Positions 62,338 to 64,000 of a stretch of 64,000 nt of DNA are shown piece by piece; position 1 is the stretch's first letter, and every line of letters starts with the position of its first letter. The DNA comes from an uncultured Bacillales bacterium (GTDB lineage: Bacteria; Bacillota_I; Bacilli_A; RF39; UBA660): NCBI GenBank assembly GCA_949948745.1, contig CATLHA010000003.1, forward strand, positions 5,708 to 69,707, read 5' to 3'. Below the pieces are notes generated by a model. It had not been told where the DNA came from, ran no database searches, and saw only the letters and a program-made list of their open reading frames with translations. The position numbers and the translations under genes are program-made.

Positions 62338-63594
62338 TTAATATGTTGAAAAATATGATACTAAATAATATCCATCTACCAATTTTAAGGCATTATCACT
62401 ATAAACATAATATAGTGTTGTATTAGATGAATTTTTTCCATTTTTTGTATCAATGGAATCATCATATTTTTTATAATTTACCGAATAATCATAATTTATT
62501 TTAAAACTAATACGAATTTGCCCTTCGTCAGTTAAAGATAAATTATTAATACTAATAGAAGTAACATTAAAAGCTGTTAATGTTTTATAATCATCATCGA
62601 CAATATCATCATATAAATCTTTGTAAATTTCTTCTAATTCTGTTAAATTAGCTCCAGTAAAATTATAAGATTCCTTTACTTGATCCCATGTTTTTTTCTC
62701 AATCAAGTTCTTATACAATGTATTAAAATCAGTTTTAATTTGTTCTTCTAAAGAGGAAACATTATCTTTAGAAAGATTTTTTAACGATAACTCTACAGTG
62801 TAATTATCATAATATGTAGAAGGTGTTACTTTCTGTTCAATATCAAAACCACTAATACTTGCCTTAATAGTAATAGATGATTGGAATATTTGAGGGATTT
62901 TATAAATATCCCAATTTTCTGATGAACTCTTAGTATCAAGATATTTCTTATCTAATGATACCTTATCAATCATAACTTTAGAGTTTTTTGGAACTTTAAT
63001 TTTATAATCTTTTACTACAACAGAATCAAAATCCTCACTAATTTCCCAAGTACTAAAAATACCATAAGCCTTTTTCTTTGCTTTTGTAAGATGAACAGTT
63101 TCAGTTGTTTCAGATTGAGCTCCTTTTAAAGCATATTTTACACTAACTCGAGCACTCAAATTACCATCACTGTAACTAACATCCCCTATTACATAATTTG
63201 TAATCTCACTAGAATTATCAGCAGATTTGATAATTTCTGCAAACTTCTTCTTGCTAGTAAATGTTTTATCCCCCTCTAAATTTAAATAACTATACAACTT
63301 GTCTGCATCTTTTGCCATCAATGCCTGTACATACTTTTCGGCAACTCCCTTAGGACCAAATTTCTCTCCTAGATAATTATATCCTAAGTAAAGTCCTATC
63401 ACTAAAACTGCACATACCAAAAGCAATATTTTCTTTTTCTTCGACATTGGTTGTCTATTCACTTGCTTTTGTACACTTGGCATAGAAGCATTTTCACTAG
63501 CTGATTCTTCTTGGATTTTTTCTACTTTTGCGCCACATTCACCACAAAAAGCTTCGTTTTTTCCAATTTTGGCTCCACACTCGCCACAATACAT
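62338..63594 (-). CDS. Zinc-ribbon, single-pass membrane protein with large extracellular domain
   Basis: MYCGECGAKIGKNEAFCGECGAKV, one TM (ILLLVCAVLVIGLYLGY), ~340-aa C-terminal domain. Confidence 0.5.
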   Translation of the reverse strand: MYCGECGAKIGKNEAFCGECGAKVEKIQEESASENASMPSVQKQVNRQPMSKKKKILLLVCAVLVIGLYLGYNYLGEKFGPKGVAEKYVQALMAKDADKLYSYLNLEGDKTFTSKKKFAEIIKSADNSSEITNYVIGDVSYSDGNLSARVSVKYALKGAQSETTETVHLTKAKKKAYGIFSTWEISEDFDSVVVKDYKIKVPKNSKVMIDKVSLDKKYLDTKSSSENWDIYKIPQIFQSSITIKASISGFDIEQKVTPSTYYDNYTVELSLKNLSKDNVSSLEEQIKTDFNTLYKNLIEKKTWDQVKESYNFTGANLTELEEIYKDLYDDIVDDDYKTLTAFNVTSISINNLSLTDEGQIRISFKINYDYSVNYKKYDDSIDTKNGKNSSNTTLYYVYSDNALKLVDGYYLVSYFSTY

Positions 63595-63668
63595 TTAACT
63601 TCACTCCTTTACTATTTAAGTATATGACAATTTTTGAAGGTTGACAAGAAAAAAAGACAAAATCTATT

Positions 63669-64000
63669 TTAAATTTGTCTTTCAATATTTACTATTTTTT
63701 TATTATCAACAAATGCTTCATGTAAGAATTCTTCTTCACTACCCACATACATTTCTTCGATTCTATCTACTCTACAACGTTCTGCAAGAAGAATGGCCTT
63801 CGCTTTTTCTACTGCTATATCAAGAACATCATTCACAATAACATAATTATATTTTGTTACTTCATTAATTTCTTGATAAGCGGTTTTAAATCGTCTTAAT
63901 ATTTTATCTTCTGTCTCTGTTTTTCTATTTTTTAATCGCTCTGCTAAGATTTTGGTAGAAGGTGGCATAATAAAGATGAATAAAGCTTCTGGAACTAATT
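63669..64000 (-). CDS. gmk: Guanylate kinase (C-terminal part; gene continues beyond window end)
   Basis: ORF-track fragment matches Gmk C-terminal region (LAERLKNRKTETEDKILRR...EEEFLHEAFVDN). The reading frame stays open to the window edge. Confidence 0.75.
   Translation of the reverse strand, partial: LVPEALFIFIMPPSTKILAERLKNRKTETEDKILRRFKTAYQEINEVTKYNYVIVNDVLDIAVEKAKAILLAERCRVDRIEEMYVGSEEEFLHEAFVDNKKIVNIERQI

Overview
This 64 kb window is a low-GC, Firmicutes-like chromosomal segment. It carries sporulation-type genes (spoIVB, a spoIIM-like gene, ylbD/E/F-like genes), and no rRNA genes or obvious prophage. The housekeeping backbone is tkt, a phosphohexomutase, parE-parC, rsmD, mnmA, deoB, xerD, rarA, the heat-shock operon hrcA-grpE-dnaK-(pepF)-dnaJ with tandem CIRCE operators, xseA/xseB, nusB, and aspS-hisS behind a T-box leader. 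Two tRNAs (Leu-TAG, Met-CAT) and a gmk fragment sit near the end of the window. The main accessory feature is a complete type II-A CRISPR-Cas locus at 18.8-25.9 kb: a divergent tracrRNA with its own promoter, cas9 (1347 aa, all RuvC and HNH motifs visible), cas1, cas2, csn2, a 70-nt leader, and an array of 36-bp repeats with 30-nt spacers that decays at its distal end. A second, inverted orphan array with the same repeat (one SNP) lies 26 kb downstream at 51.7-52.1 kb. It keeps a near-identical leader and the last 38 codons of csn2, which points to a segmental duplication of csn2-3'-end + leader + repeats. Other points are listed under findings. All calls come from reading the sequence and the supplied ORF translations; no database searches were possible, and start codons are best estimates.
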